A program made the position numbers and the translations under genes. 64,000 nucleotides of DNA from Phoronis australis (Eukaryota > Animalia > Phoronida): contig NMRA01000029.1 in NCBI GenBank assembly GCA_002633005.1, positions 1,026,086-1,090,085 on the forward strand, read 5' to 3'. Every line of letters starts with the position of its first letter. Position 1 is the first letter of the stretch. Under the pieces are notes generated by a model. The model ran no database searches and was not told the DNA's origin. It saw only the letters and a program-made list of their open reading frames with translations. This document shows, piece after piece, positions 1 through 13,300 of the stretch.

Positions 1-316
1 ATTCAAGCATTGAAGTCGCCATATCGAAAACGGCGATTTCGAGGCAGTCTGTCGGCGAGTTTTCGCCCTGGGATTTCAGCACAATTTTCTGTAAAATGAT
101 CATAATTTAGCAGCAAAGTTTGACAACAATGCACCAGTTTTGTTCAAAGTCTTTCATAGATAACATATACGTCACAGAGCGTAAATTTCATGAATCTTAG
201 CTTCCGATTTCACCCGTTTCGGAGACCGGGTTTCAACCGCCTTGGGTTACAATAAGCGTCCCCCTTGAACCAAACTTTTCTAAGCGCCCTGGGCGGTTAC
301 TACGGCAAATACGGTA
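1..316. mobile_element. Right end of a non-autonomous TA-flanked DNA transposon/MITE (Tc1-mariner-like)
   Basis: A CpG-rich block ends in ...GGGCGGTTACTACGGCAAATACGG|TA (TA at 315-316), a typical MITE terminus, and composition then shifts to AT-rich. The left end is outside the window. Confidence 0.4.
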
Positions 317-1345
317 GTTTTCTTGCAAGTGTTTTAGTCACTTGGATGTAGTTTGCTTTAACGCTGAACTTTACTTTGATAATATAACTCTTAGATCATT
401 AAATTGGTTTTTATACGTCGTACACCGACGACATTACAGAAGTGAGTATAGTGGAGCCACAAGAGAGTTCTTTCTTACCTAGACATGTGCAGTCAAAATT
501 TACTTTCAGGTTAAGATAATTCTATAGTTATAGGTTACAGAACAGGTCACTTCATTTCGTACTCAAGGGCTAAGCCAGCTCGGACCCATATCAATGTCCC
601 AAAGCAATTTTATTTTGTAAGGAGATGCTTGAAATGGAAAAAACCATTTCATGTCTATATACACTGACCTAATGGTGCCATTATTGATAAATAAAATATG
701 GTACATGGCCTGAGTACGAGTCGACTTGGGTAGAAACTACCTGGTAAAGTTTCTATAAAATATAGAGGGCATCCCATTGGATTGATAACTGCTCATAAAC
801 CCTATGGAGAAGTTTTAGGAAATGTTTACTATAATATTTAAAATATCAGTGACCCTGTGAGTGGCAACACTGCTTTTCAAGTTGATTTGCCCCATTGGCA
901 TTGTCTAGTTTGATTCATGGTATGAGGGTGCCGATAGGGTTCAGATTGGGAGAACAGGTCTTACAACTACTTAAAAATCAGTCCACTCCATCAATAAATC
1001 AGGGCAGCTACCTTGTGTCTTAGGGTCAGCTAAAAATCATACACCTAATGTCCATTACTATATACTCAGGCACCACTGCCTTGGTTGTAGCACTATACAT
1101 TTGTATGAAAAGTATGTAGGTTGTGATGTTCCAAAGTGTGTTTGTTGGAAACAGAATTGATTTTTGTTCTGTTGTAAACAGGTTGCTGCTTAAGTGGGGT
1201 TTACTCTGAACAATCAATTTTCTTGGAAACTGAAGTTGTATGCAGCCCCCTCAATTAAATTTGGCAGAGGCACTCTTGGTAATTTTTTCAATTCGAAATT
1301 TTGATGTTTCATGAAGTAATGTATTAGTGTTGACACATCTTGCAG

Positions 1346-1742
1346 GTACACCTATGGCAACTGTCAGACAACCCCACTTGTTGAAGAAAGACTATGTTGA
1401 CAAGAGGTCGACAAAGTTGTTGCAAAACTTGATGAAGAAATGAACCGTGACAACATACACAGGAGAAAAAAATGTATTGTGGAGCATGGGCGGTTTAAAT
1501 CTGTATTCATCAATCATAATGTTTTGGAGACTGCGTGGCTGCAATACAAAAGTCAATATCCTGATGGCTATGACAAACCCTTGGATAAAAGGAGGGGACA
1601 AGTGGCCTACAGACTGTTCCAAAGATGGGTACACGGTCACTTAGGACGAACTGTCCGCGTTGTCATTCCAGCATGCGCAGTAGCCTGCATCAGAGCTTTC
1701 TACCCAGGAAATGAGGACTTTGAGTTCCATGGATTTTCTTAA
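1346..1742 (+). pseudogene. Decayed exon encoding a P2X7-ballast-like Cys-rich (ZCD/KolX-like) domain
   Basis: After acceptor TTGCAG the frame reads YTYGNCQTTPLVEERLC*QEV...CIVEHGRFKSVFINHNVLETAWLQY...AYRLFQRWVHGHLGRTVRVVIPACAVACIRAFYP. This fits the family pattern WCxCGxC..CC.E..C...AYR.F..W..G.LG...R..IPxC.V..IR..YP. Two Cys are changed to Tyr and there is an in-frame TGA at 1398-1400. Confidence 0.75.
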
Positions 1743-2894
1743 TAGTTTCATCTATTTCTAGATATCAACAGTTGTCTTAGCCCTGGAATGCCAACTCCTG
1801 CACATGACCTATTCTATTATAAGAAGTTGTGACTCAGGGACTAGCCTTATGTAATTCAGATGAGTTGCAAAAAGTTGTAGAGACAAATTCCATAGAAAAA
1901 ACAAACATCGTAACAAACGAATGCAATCGCAGCGCAACCTCAGCGGCATGAAACTGAAGTTGGCATTCCAACAAGCTTAACTGTACGGCAAAAATTTTCA
2001 CCATTTAATTTACGAGTGTAATTTTATAGCGACACTCCTGCAATTTAAATTACGCTCGCAATTACAAGCATAATTTTACGGCGTCACTTTCCCCTCAAAA
2101 GCCCATCATATATCTCATGGTTCAATAATCAAATTGGAAATGACATCAACAAGACAGGTGAACTCATGGAGCTGTGTTCTGTACTATGTATTGAACTGTG
2201 CTGGAAGTAACTGGATCAGCTTTGTCCCATATTGAGTGGATTAAGTATTATAAAGCCTTTTTACTGACCTCTAGTTGTTGTTAGAAGAAAATCAAGACCG
2301 CTGATAAGTGATGGTGTCAATGTCTTAACCTTTAAACTGAACAAGATGCAAAGCTAGTGCTCTCCTGAACACAAACTATAGGATAGGTCGGAGCAACCAG
2401 TAATATATTAAATCAGCTGTACATCACTTAGCGTTGGAAACACGCTGCAGAGTACTTTCGCATATCTGGGCGTGTAAGTTGACATTAGACATTCAACATC
2501 TTTATGGCCAAATGGAACTGCAGACAGCGCCTGATTGTAGCAATGAATTACTGTACATTTATCACCTCTTAGACACCATGTCAGTTTGAAATGGCAAAAA
2601 AAAATTTCTTCAATCAAAAATCTATTAAACTTTTAATTTACTAGTATATAAAATATTTTTTTACTGTCCTGTTCCTTACAATGTCTGGGCTTTTAAAGAA
2701 TTGAGAGATATTGTTTCAGGCCATGTTCAGCAAATAACACAAAGGAACAACCTGGTACAGTCAAGGGCCTACATACAGACAAGGGTCCACATCAGGATGT
2801 TTCCTTTCTTGAAACTGAAAACCACACTAATAAATAGTCTATAATAACGGAACAACTGCAGCAGTTGCAAAAATGCTAGACAGAAGTCTAACCA

Positions 2895-3005
2895 TATATC
2901 AATAAAGCATAAAAATACTTCCAGGTGATCAGTGCAATGGGCCCACATGCGAGGCCTGCGCACATCTGATACAACGTGTATCAGACCGCCTGCAATTATT
3001 TTTTA
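2895..3005 (-). repeat. Dispersed ~110-bp repeat, inverted copy of 16710-16815
   Basis: The reverse complement matches AATTGCAGGCGGTCTGATACACGTTGTAnCAGAyGTGCGCAGGCCTCGCATGTGGGCCCATTGCACTGATCACCTGGAA. Both copies translate to RRPRMWAHCTDHLE in the ORF track. Confidence 0.85.
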
Positions 3006-4354
3006 TATATTATCTATCGTTCTTGAAGACATCAAATATACCACAAGCTCAACATTTAAGAATAAATCGACAACCGAAAAAATCATTAAATAAAAATGCA
3101 ATTTGCAAACAAATTGTACGATTCAACAACATACCTCTACTATTTAAAGTAGGAGCATGAAAATTACATACCTCAAACGTCTATACAATACATCGTGTCA
3201 GAGCAAGCCAGCAGATGTTATCACAGACATGTTACAGATCTTGTAAATAAATATTTGCAACTTTAACAAGTGTCCAACAATAAGCAAATAATGCATTAAG
3301 TGTCTAACAAAGCTAACAACTGCGTCAATTCACTGAACATTAGAACATTCTACCAACACAGAACTATTGCCAAATTAATGCTGCGCTTTGGTCAGAAATT
3401 TCAAGAAATGACGAGGAAATTCTTCACTTACTGCACACAAAAATCAGTGCCTCAATTTTCAATTTTTCGCTTTTCAAAAGCTAAATTACCTTGCTTCAAA
3501 TAATTGGAACTTTGCCAAATGTTGTTTTATGACACCTACACAGAAGAGAAAAAGCTATGATGGACTAAACGTTTCTTAACCTTTGTGTTTGTGCAGAAAT
3601 TCAACAAAATAAACGTCCATTATATTGTGCGCAAAACAGCCAAAGAATTACTTTACTGGTAGAAGAGCATAGCTTCCAACGTAATGACAAAACGAGACAC
3701 AAGCATGTTTTTGCCAATCATAAGTTTTTTAGACTGTTTGCATCAATACTTGACTACAATAACTTAAGTGGGAATTTGCCAAATTAGCAAAGCATTGGGT
3801 GACAACACCGGCCACATAACGGCATCGGTGGTGCTCTTGAAGCAGTACAAGAGCTTGCCTCAGCTTGCTTAACATATCACATACTAATTAATAAAAATAA
3901 AATTGCACAAATAGGTAAGGACAGATATTAATGAAAACGTCTATTCAATACTGCAAATGGTGAGCCTCATGGCAGACCAAATAAATATTTACTTAAGAAA
4001 AACCAAAAGAGGAAGGATGAGCAACAAGGACTACAGTACGAGTCAAATTTGCATGTAACTTATTGCTCACATTTATTCGTGCCATGACAGCATTATGTGG
4101 TCTTAGCGTGTAATCATAACACCAACCATGTGCTGCCAACTCTGCATTCAACCACTTTTGTGCTCTAATCACAAGCAGCAGCTCAGATGGAACCTACCAA
4201 TGGCAACTCACGAGAATCCTTGGAGACCACACAACAAAAAACGTCAAAACAGTTTAAAACAGTTTGAGGATCCAGCAGTAAAGAGACATTTTCATTAATT
4301 AATCTATTTTTCAGCTCCACCAAAATATGACAACTCAATAGTACCCACTGTACT

Positions 4355-7300
4355 TCACGCGGCCGCACTCGTCGGAATGAAGCAGACTCTCTTCAGCAGC
4401 GAGTGTGGTAGGCCGAGCTCCAGCAGCTGGTCTTTGGTCATGTGGTCTAGGTCGGTCAACAGACTAGTGACCAGTGTCCAGCAGAGGTCAGTGAGACGCG
4501 GTACCTGCAGCCAGATGTAGTGTACGTCAGACGTGCGCTCCATGTGGTTGATGTTGACCACACCACCATAGATGAACATACAACCGCTCTGCAAGAGAAC
4601 CAGTCGTGTGATTATTGATGTTGTGACTAATGCCCAATGCTACAACAGCGCCGGTCATCTGATCTTTCAAGTTGAGACTATTGCATAGAAGATTAATTGT
4701 ATTTATTTACATTTTCTGTGGCGGGGATTAGACACTCAGTCACTAATAAATTCAATATGGCACACATGACAGTGTGACTGCTTACTGACATAGATCTAAT
4801 TATTTCGACATGATAAGAAAAGATTATATCACATTGACAGCCATGGTTCTGGTGACAACGTCATCAGCAGGACTGTCTGCATATAAGCTATTTTGCTCAC
4901 ATACTGAAGTAAAATATAGCAATTATTGCTATTCAGCATAACTGAAAACATGGACTTAAGATATGACTACATAAACGTTGATATTGTTTGTTACTTTTGA
5001 GAGAAGAGTCATATGCTATCAATGAGCAATACGACTGCATTGTACACATATCTGCCTCCTACCCTATCGTACAGCAAAACCCTTTGAGAGTATTGGCAGT
5101 TAGTTTATGTCTTTTTCAAATACAGTGTGAAACATTTTCCGCAGAGACCCTCCTGAACAACTACTTTCAAAGGAAAATGTTAATTTTTATCCATTTCCTA
5201 ACTCGCAATTTCCACTCTGACTTTCTGAACAATCTGAATGCGTTTTATGTCCTTCTGAAATGTAGAACTCAAAGAAACCCCTAAAACACGATTAGTTTAA
5301 CCAGAGACAGGCACGTCATCAAACACTCACTGCACACTGCAAAAATTCTTAACATGCACAAAAACTGTCACAGAACACAAAACTCTAACCACACTTGGGC
5401 ACTCCTTACACAGACAAGTTTTAGACCAAGAGTCTGAACTGTATGTCTCAGTTTCTATGTGTTGAGTGAATCACAGCATGACAATATACTGCAGAAAGGG
5501 GAACAGAGTCTCTGGACCTGAGACACTAACACTGCTATAATAATTAATGTTTCTCATCAAAAACAGAACCATTATGCTAATCTCTGGGCACTGGAACAAA
5601 AGAACAATCACAGAAAACAAACTGTTAAATCAATCGCCTAGAATACAGGACAGTGACCACTGGCAATCACAGACATATTCGTAAGTGGTACGGGTCCTTG
5701 TGTGTGGTTGTAGTTCGGATTCAGTGTTGTTTTGTAGAGGGTGGTAAGGGAACCACTTCGCGGTAAGATTTCTGTGGCCTGTACTGAGGAATTGTTTCTC
5801 CACTTGAGGAACGAAAATCGATTTTGAATTTTTATAGTAACAAGTTTAGGTGCATAGTTGTCAGCAGAACCACATCGACGCCGTGCACTTCATAGAACTT
5901 GGCAATAGGTGATCCCACTCCTATCAAGAATTCAATTCATCTGGGAAAGTCCCAACAAGACCGAAGCTACCAACAAATTCGTAACATCAGAAGCCTTTGA
6001 AAATGATAATCACTCAAGTTAGAAATCGGTGAGATTTCAAAGCATGCAAAGCACAAGGTAACACGTACCTGAGGAGACAGGGCTGCAGAGTGGAAGTAGA
6101 CTGGACGAGGCATCTCTGTATTTAGTTTGGTCCATATGAATGTCAACAATGAGATACTCCACAAGTCTCCAAACATACAGTCGTTGTCATAACCGCCACA
6201 CATGTAGACAGCTAGAACGAAATTAACACTGCGCTGTTAACTCAGCTAATGCCTTAACCTATTTTTGACTTAAGAATAAAATTTTTGTAACCGTGGGCAG
6301 TGAAAAATAATTTCATAAATTTCCTAACAATGAGATATCATGGGAAGTGATGCCTAAAATCTTGGAAATGAATTCGTATGAAAAAAGGTACTTGATGGTC
6401 ATTAATACAAAGGCCCATTTTGTTACTTAGTAATCAAATAGGCCATTGTATTAAAGTAGTGGTCTATCAGTGCTTCTCTATAAATACAAAACTGCAGTTT
6501 CATGTCTTTCTAAAAAGTTCCAAAATAACTTTTCACGTCCCTGTAATAGGTTGTTTGTAACATGAAACTACTAGTGATCTAAAATTTTTAAGCAGCTTGA
6601 CTTTTAAACAATAGCATAATGGTAAAACTGGCCCAGAGGTAACCTATTTACTGGCATTCTTTTGTTGAAGTTAGCTGTCAACAATGTCACTGTTTCGGTC
6701 ACCAATGGGTGTACTGTCTCAACATGAACTGCTCCTGGCAATTCAATGACGTACATCGACTATAACTGACCTGATGGTCCGTAAATGGAGGACAGGACTA
6801 GTTTTGTAATGACACCCAGCTGCTATATAACCCTATATACAATGCCAGGTACTTTTACTTGTATTCACAACCACACTGCTTCATCCTCAGGAGCATTGAG
6901 AGCTTTACCAGGAAACCTGTTCCCACTGAAACACCACATCTGTCAGTTTGAGCATAACATCACAAAGCCGTTTGGTTTTATCTACTTCCTATTGTCAAAG
7001 ACTAGATTGTTTGTGATTATGGCTGATTGGCAGAAAACCAAGGAAATTATGACTGGCCTTAGATCCAAAGAAACAATAAGGTCTTGGATTCAAATACAAA
7101 GTGATGGATGGTATTCATTCTTGAATGTTAAATGCTTTCAGAAAATTCTTTATTTTGCCTACAGGGGGGAGAGGCATGGCCACATAAATATAGATTGTGG
7201 GGCAAATCAACAAGTAAACTATGTACAACTTGATAAAAACATTGATCTATAAGAACTTACTTCCTTTGAGATTGACACAGCTGTGACATTTGCGGGGGCC

Positions 7301-10300
7301 TGGATAACCATGGTGATCGTCTTGGGTTGTCACGATGACGTCCCACTTGTGGCTCTCCAAGTCAAAGGCAGGAAGCTATAAAAAGGTTCAGAAGGGGATT
7401 TGTACATCCTTTTAATCATGTTACGAAAACCATGGCACCTTTAGCACAAAATCACACAAATACATTTTTGAGAGTTACCATGTTTCTTACCACTAAAATC
7501 AATGAATATCCAAATAATTGTCAGTGTCTAGCAATGAAAAATGACAATGATAAAATTGCAAACTGGTTTACATAGAAGCAAAGTGAATTAATTTAAAACA
7601 TGCACAATCAACTTGGCATACCCATGATAACATCAAACAATATGTAGTTTCTTACATTTTGTACTAATTACAGATTCATTACCTCGTCAAACGGCTGGAC
7701 AGCAACTGAGGTCCCTCCACCAAACACATATAATTTTTTACCATCAGATACGACTTCGTGTCTGTACCTGAAAGCAGTGTTATCAAATGCTTCTTCAGAA
7801 CTTCAAACAATGTAAAAATACAATGACCAGGTTATCATAAACAATCCACTGTTTCAGACGATCCCTACAATACAGCATGTGGAAAACATTTCACGATATG
7901 AAAATTTCCCATTATGAACAGTTAAGACAAAAAAAACATAAATTTTGTCTTTGGTCTGACCCACATAATTTTTGAAGCTGTGCATCACCAATCAAAATCT
8001 GAAACCTTGTGAATTCTTGTAAGAACAGCATTGCCGCACCACTCGAGTAGATATTAGGTGAACTTTGTAAAGAAAAATTATACGAGCAGCACTTAAGCCG
8101 ATAATGTGTGAATCAGTATCAAAAAAATCAAACACGGCAATGCCATTTAACCCCCACGTCGAGTGAACTTTTGAAATTACAACTAAAAAATATTGCATCA
8201 CCACACCAATTTTCAGAACAACTACAAACCCAAGCCAATAATGCTTTTTTGGTTTTACTGTAAACACACCTGAACTTCAGATACTATTCAGTTTAACAGG
8301 TTGAAAAGCAACAAATTAAATAAGAAAATCTCCTGACGTCACAAACTACAACTTTTACAACTAAATGTTCACATTTGATGGCTATTGGATCTCTGAAAGA
8401 GATCACAGTCTCACTTTCACAGCACTGTACATTGCAAATGTGAAATCAAATTCCCAAACATGACATAATAGAAGGTAGGCAACTTTGAAAAATCTTTGCA
8501 AAATTTTGCAGATGTTGCTCCCACAATATTGCAGCAGACGACAAGTTTCAGAACAATCAGATTATAGCTGAATATCCTAATGTCAATTTTATTTTTTATG
8601 TTTGCCTCTGTATCTTTGTAGTTCTTGATTTATTTTCATGAAATTTGGCAAATTATTCTGTTAGAGACAACGCAACCTTACCAAATTGGGCAGGTTTGTC
8701 ACGGACTGACATAATAAGTCAGATGCCCGACACCCTGTGTTATCAAAAGGTCCTTCAACTAGATTTCACGTGATGCGTTTGAGAGTGAAAAGGCAATTGA
8801 ATTGCTCGTCAAATTTTCTGTATACTGTTTATTTTCCTCAGTATCTCGACAAACTCATCTAATTATGAACTCATCAAGAAGAAATAAAACATGCCTGCAA
8901 AGTTCCGCAGATGGGGAAGAAGACATAAACCTTATTGAAGTGCTACTTTAATTTTCAAACGACAATATTCAACACACCCTATACTCGAAATTTATTGGGC
9001 CACATGTTACCGCCATCCGTATCTTAGAAAGCAGAAGTGGATAAACTCAAATTTTTCTTATCAAGAACAATACAGCAGAAGAGAATGTGTCAATTGTAAG
9101 TGGCATCAAAGAAGACGAAAACAAGGATGATATCAGCGAGCTAATTAACATTGGCAAAAAGCTACAACCTGACATGCAAGGACATTGAGCAGAACCCACA
9201 GACTAGGAAAACCGACAGCTAATGAAACCAGAAACCTTATCTGCAAATTCATCTCTTACGCGGATTGTCTTTCCTTTAGTAAAAAACCGCAAACTTCTAG
9301 CCAGTGACAAGATCTTCATTAGTGAAAGACTTAACTAAGTCTTGTTCTACAAATGACACCAAATGTGCAATGATCGAAACAGTCCTTGCAAGAAAACCTG
9401 GACTACTGATGGTGAAATATTCGTGAAAATGAATGACAAGCGCATTGTGCATGTAGTCACTGATTAGAAGTTGACATCCCACAGATCCTAGATTCACTCA
9501 CACTATGATTGCAACCTAAATGTACTATTACCAAGTGATTAAGCACTGTCCTTTTGGACAACAAGAGCAAGTGATATGTGCTTTAAACAGGACTTATAGG
9601 ATGCTATTTTTTTAGCCTCAGAAAAATGGTAATGTTTTCTTATTCAAAATTTCTCCGCCTGCCTGCTAGTATAAGAAAACTAGTTACCATTGGGCTCACT
9701 GTATCACAATGCACCCCCGGTGGTTTATATTTCATCCATACACAGGTAAATTTTGAAATCTGAACTAATTTCAGAATTGGTTAAAGTGGGTCAAAGACCA
9801 AGTTTGCCCGTGACAGGGTGTCACTGTTGTTAGGAAATTACTAATTGCTGGTGGAAAGGTTATTCCAGAAGAGCAACTGACTTCACAGCCTGGTACTGTG
9901 GAGCGTAGTGATGATATGAGTGTCTATCCATCGTGTGATGTGACGCATGCAATAAGTAGAAAGAGGCCTCACAAGAGTTAGAAAATCATGAGACAGAAAA
10001 CATGTGAAAAAAGGCAAACCCCAGTTTTGATGATTTATCGGAAACCTTTCTGTGTTCTTTGATGAATCATGGTGTTAATTATCATGATGTTCCCAGCAAC
10101 CTGAGGCATTGTCTTTTTATAAAGACCAGTTGATCAAAAGTCAGTTGTCAGATCCTGATTTGATAAATTTGCTGGACAAAGCTCTGTCTGATTATGAAGT
10201 AAGCAAAGTATCCGTTGGGTACTTCACGAAAGATGGTGTGGAGACCACTTAATGTCAGTGCGAGTGATAAGTGGGTAGTTGTCTATCAGACTGTTATACC

Positions 10301-13300
10301 AAAACCATATAGTCACGAAATCCTCTCCTTGGTCTATAGTTTGCCACTAGGTGGTCACTTGGGAGCAAACAAGACATTTAACAAGATTACAAAGCAGTTT
10401 TTCTGGTCAAGGATTGAAAGGTTCGTGGTTGAGACTTATCATGCATGTCAAATGGTATGCAAACCTAATTTCTCGAAGAAATTAAATAAGGATCAATAGG
10501 CTTATTCCACAATTAAGAAGGAAGCACTGTTATTAATAATGGCTTACAACACTTAGATGCTTATATTTATACAGCACATGAGCCTCTGAATGTATACACC
10601 GATGACAACCCCTTGGTATTTTGTATAAAAAGAAGAACAAGAGCAAAAGATTAATTAATTGGAGATTGATTCTGCAAGAATATTATCTCAACATTGTTCA
10701 CATAAAGGGCAAACACAATGTGATTGCTGATTGTCTATCCCGCTGTTGATGTTTGTTTAAATCGTATTAACAAATTCGGTGTGTTAGTATAATGCTGCTG
10801 TAAAATTTTGCCTTACAGATCAAAATTTTTGTTTAGGGAAGGTAGTGTTATGTAATGACGTTATGCAGTATGCGAAAACATGTACAGTGTGCGAAATACG
10901 ACTTTATAATGACACAGCATTTTAGAACATGAGTTTAAAAAAGGAAAAAAAAATACATTTGCAGCAAACTTTGCTTCGTTGTCTTGCTTTGTAACACGAT
11001 TAAAATGTCAGTGAGAGTACAATTTCAAGAAAGTTCAAGTTGTGAACTGTTCTCTTTTTTATCGCCTATCTTTTTCCGTCTTGTGTAGACATAATGGAGG
11101 AACAGTTCGATTTTGAGACTACGTCACCTTCAACCAGGTGAGACAGACTTGAAATGCAGTGTCGGGCACGAAAGCAACACCTCAACTCTTCAGTTTCCTG
11201 CATGAACTTTTAAATTTTTATGCCATATGGTAATCATGGAAGATCGATGGCACCGGCGGGCTTTCGAAGAGGAAGGTTTAGCTACCCATCATGTAGTTTC
11301 TTTGTTGCTATTGATCTTGGTGGGTGTTCCCCTGTGATCAAAGTAAAGTGCACTGTACAACCTGCAGCTGAGCTGCTGGCTCATCAGGATGATATGCAGC
11401 TTTTAAAAATGATTACCAGGTTTCAAAGAATTAAGTAGTAATTTTGCTACTCTGTTAACAGGTTAAAATACACTTTAGTATCCCTTGCAACCAGTCATCA
11501 TATGAAGGGTTGTTTATGATGGAAAATTCATGACATGCTCACCAGCACTCATACCCTATCACATGGTGTTGGCAAATGGTAACGAATCATTGCCTTCTCA
11601 TTGGTAAATGGAACAAAGCTGATGTCACATCTGGACACTCTGATTGGTTGGACGAAGGAGAAATCCTTTAACAGTAATTATTGTGGACTGCAACTGCAGC
11701 AATGGCAGATAAGCCAGGTGCATTTTAATGGACATCTAGTTAATGACAGACATCAAAACAACAGAAGACTGTGAGCTAGAACATATGCTTTGCCAGTGTC
11801 ACCTCTGTCACTAGGTGGCAGTGTTGTAGAGCATAGATTGAACAAAATTATCAATGAGACTTTACAGTACAGTACTGACACCGTAAAATTAGACTTTATC
11901 TGGTCTGCCTCATATTTAGCCAGACAGGAGCATGAAAAGGCAGGCACAAGAGAAATCAGTCACCGTTTTCTTACACGAACCTCCGGTTTGGATAACGCCT
12001 TTCTCACACTTTCCTTGCGCCTGCCTCACGCTTTCTTCGCGACTTCCAATGGATGTGGAAACAGTGACTGTGCAATAAAAATAACTTCTAGATCCGCACG
12101 TACAGGTGGTGTCGGTGTACTTGTCGAATAAGCCATCGTTTTGGCTGCGTAGTCATTTTTCACTCTTTCCGAAAAACCCCCATCATTTCATATATTGGCC
12201 ATACCAGTGTCCCCCATTAACTTGTCTAGCGTTATGTTCTTTAATTACCAATCCAAAACCTGTTACAAGCCAGACCAGAGGTAAACCAGATGAAGTTAAT
12301 TTGGTGGCTGTACTCTACCTTCCTATAGGCTGTTTCTTGGAATCCTGGCATAACTTCTCCCAGACAAACGTCTCCATGTTCAACCTGTGCACATCAGAGT
12401 TGTACTGCCAGCCAGTGGTTCCTCCCAACACATAAAGGTACTGGCCAACCAGAGTCATCGTCTACAAGAAAAGGTCAAAGTCAAAGGCCAATCACACTGA
12501 TCACTATCACAAATCACTAACCTAGCAAAAGAACTCTTGACCATGATCCTTAATAGGATGGAAATAAAAAGCTGGAAAAACTGCAGATTGTAGGTCAAGT
12601 AAAAAGCAGGAAAAGTTGAACATGATTGGCCATGGAAGTAGGAAGAAATTAACTCATAAGAACGTGTGAAAGGCGGACCGTATCTTTTAACGTAACAGGT
12701 ATCATTACGATGACACGTACGTGACCATATTTTTGCTGCGGCGCTTCCCCAGTACAAGTGACGGAGGTCCAACCCAGGGTTCGTAGGTTACAATAATGCA
12801 GTACGTTACTCGTCGCCTGGCCAAATGGAATGCCAGTACCACCAAACAACAGCAGAAGATCACCATGTAGTAACACTGTAATGGAAGAGAGATTGTTACA
12901 TCTCAGTCCTACAACACTAAACAGGGTGAGGATGAAGAGAATGGAATACATTCAAGTTGTTAGGAAATGATTTTCCATTCATCAAACGTGCAATGAATTG
13001 AGAACAACATCAAAAGATCACTTTATTTTCTGCAGACGAAAATCATTAAGTCCTATATTTGATACCCTTCTTGCAGAGATGGACCATTTTAAAAATAATT
13101 TATATTAGCGTTTCGCAGAACACTGCATAAAGCACAGCATTTGTATGAATCAAGTCAGTTGTTTCTGGGAAATGGTGTTCCAAAATTAAACAAAAATGGT
13201 GTTCCCAAATTAGACAAAAATGGTGTTCCAAAATTAGACAAATTTGAAATATTCCTAAGGTGCCACATCACCTTACAGCCCTCATCCATGAAATTCAAAA

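Noticed and set aside
1398-1400. In-frame TGA at a conserved Cys position, read as possible selenocysteine
   Set aside because: Neighbouring conserved cysteines are also mutated (to Tyr) and no SECIS was recognised, so decay is the simpler explanation.
6785-7252. 155-aa plus-strand ORF inside a KLHDC10 intron
   Set aside because: It has no recognisable domain or splice partners, and an ORF of this length is plausible by chance.
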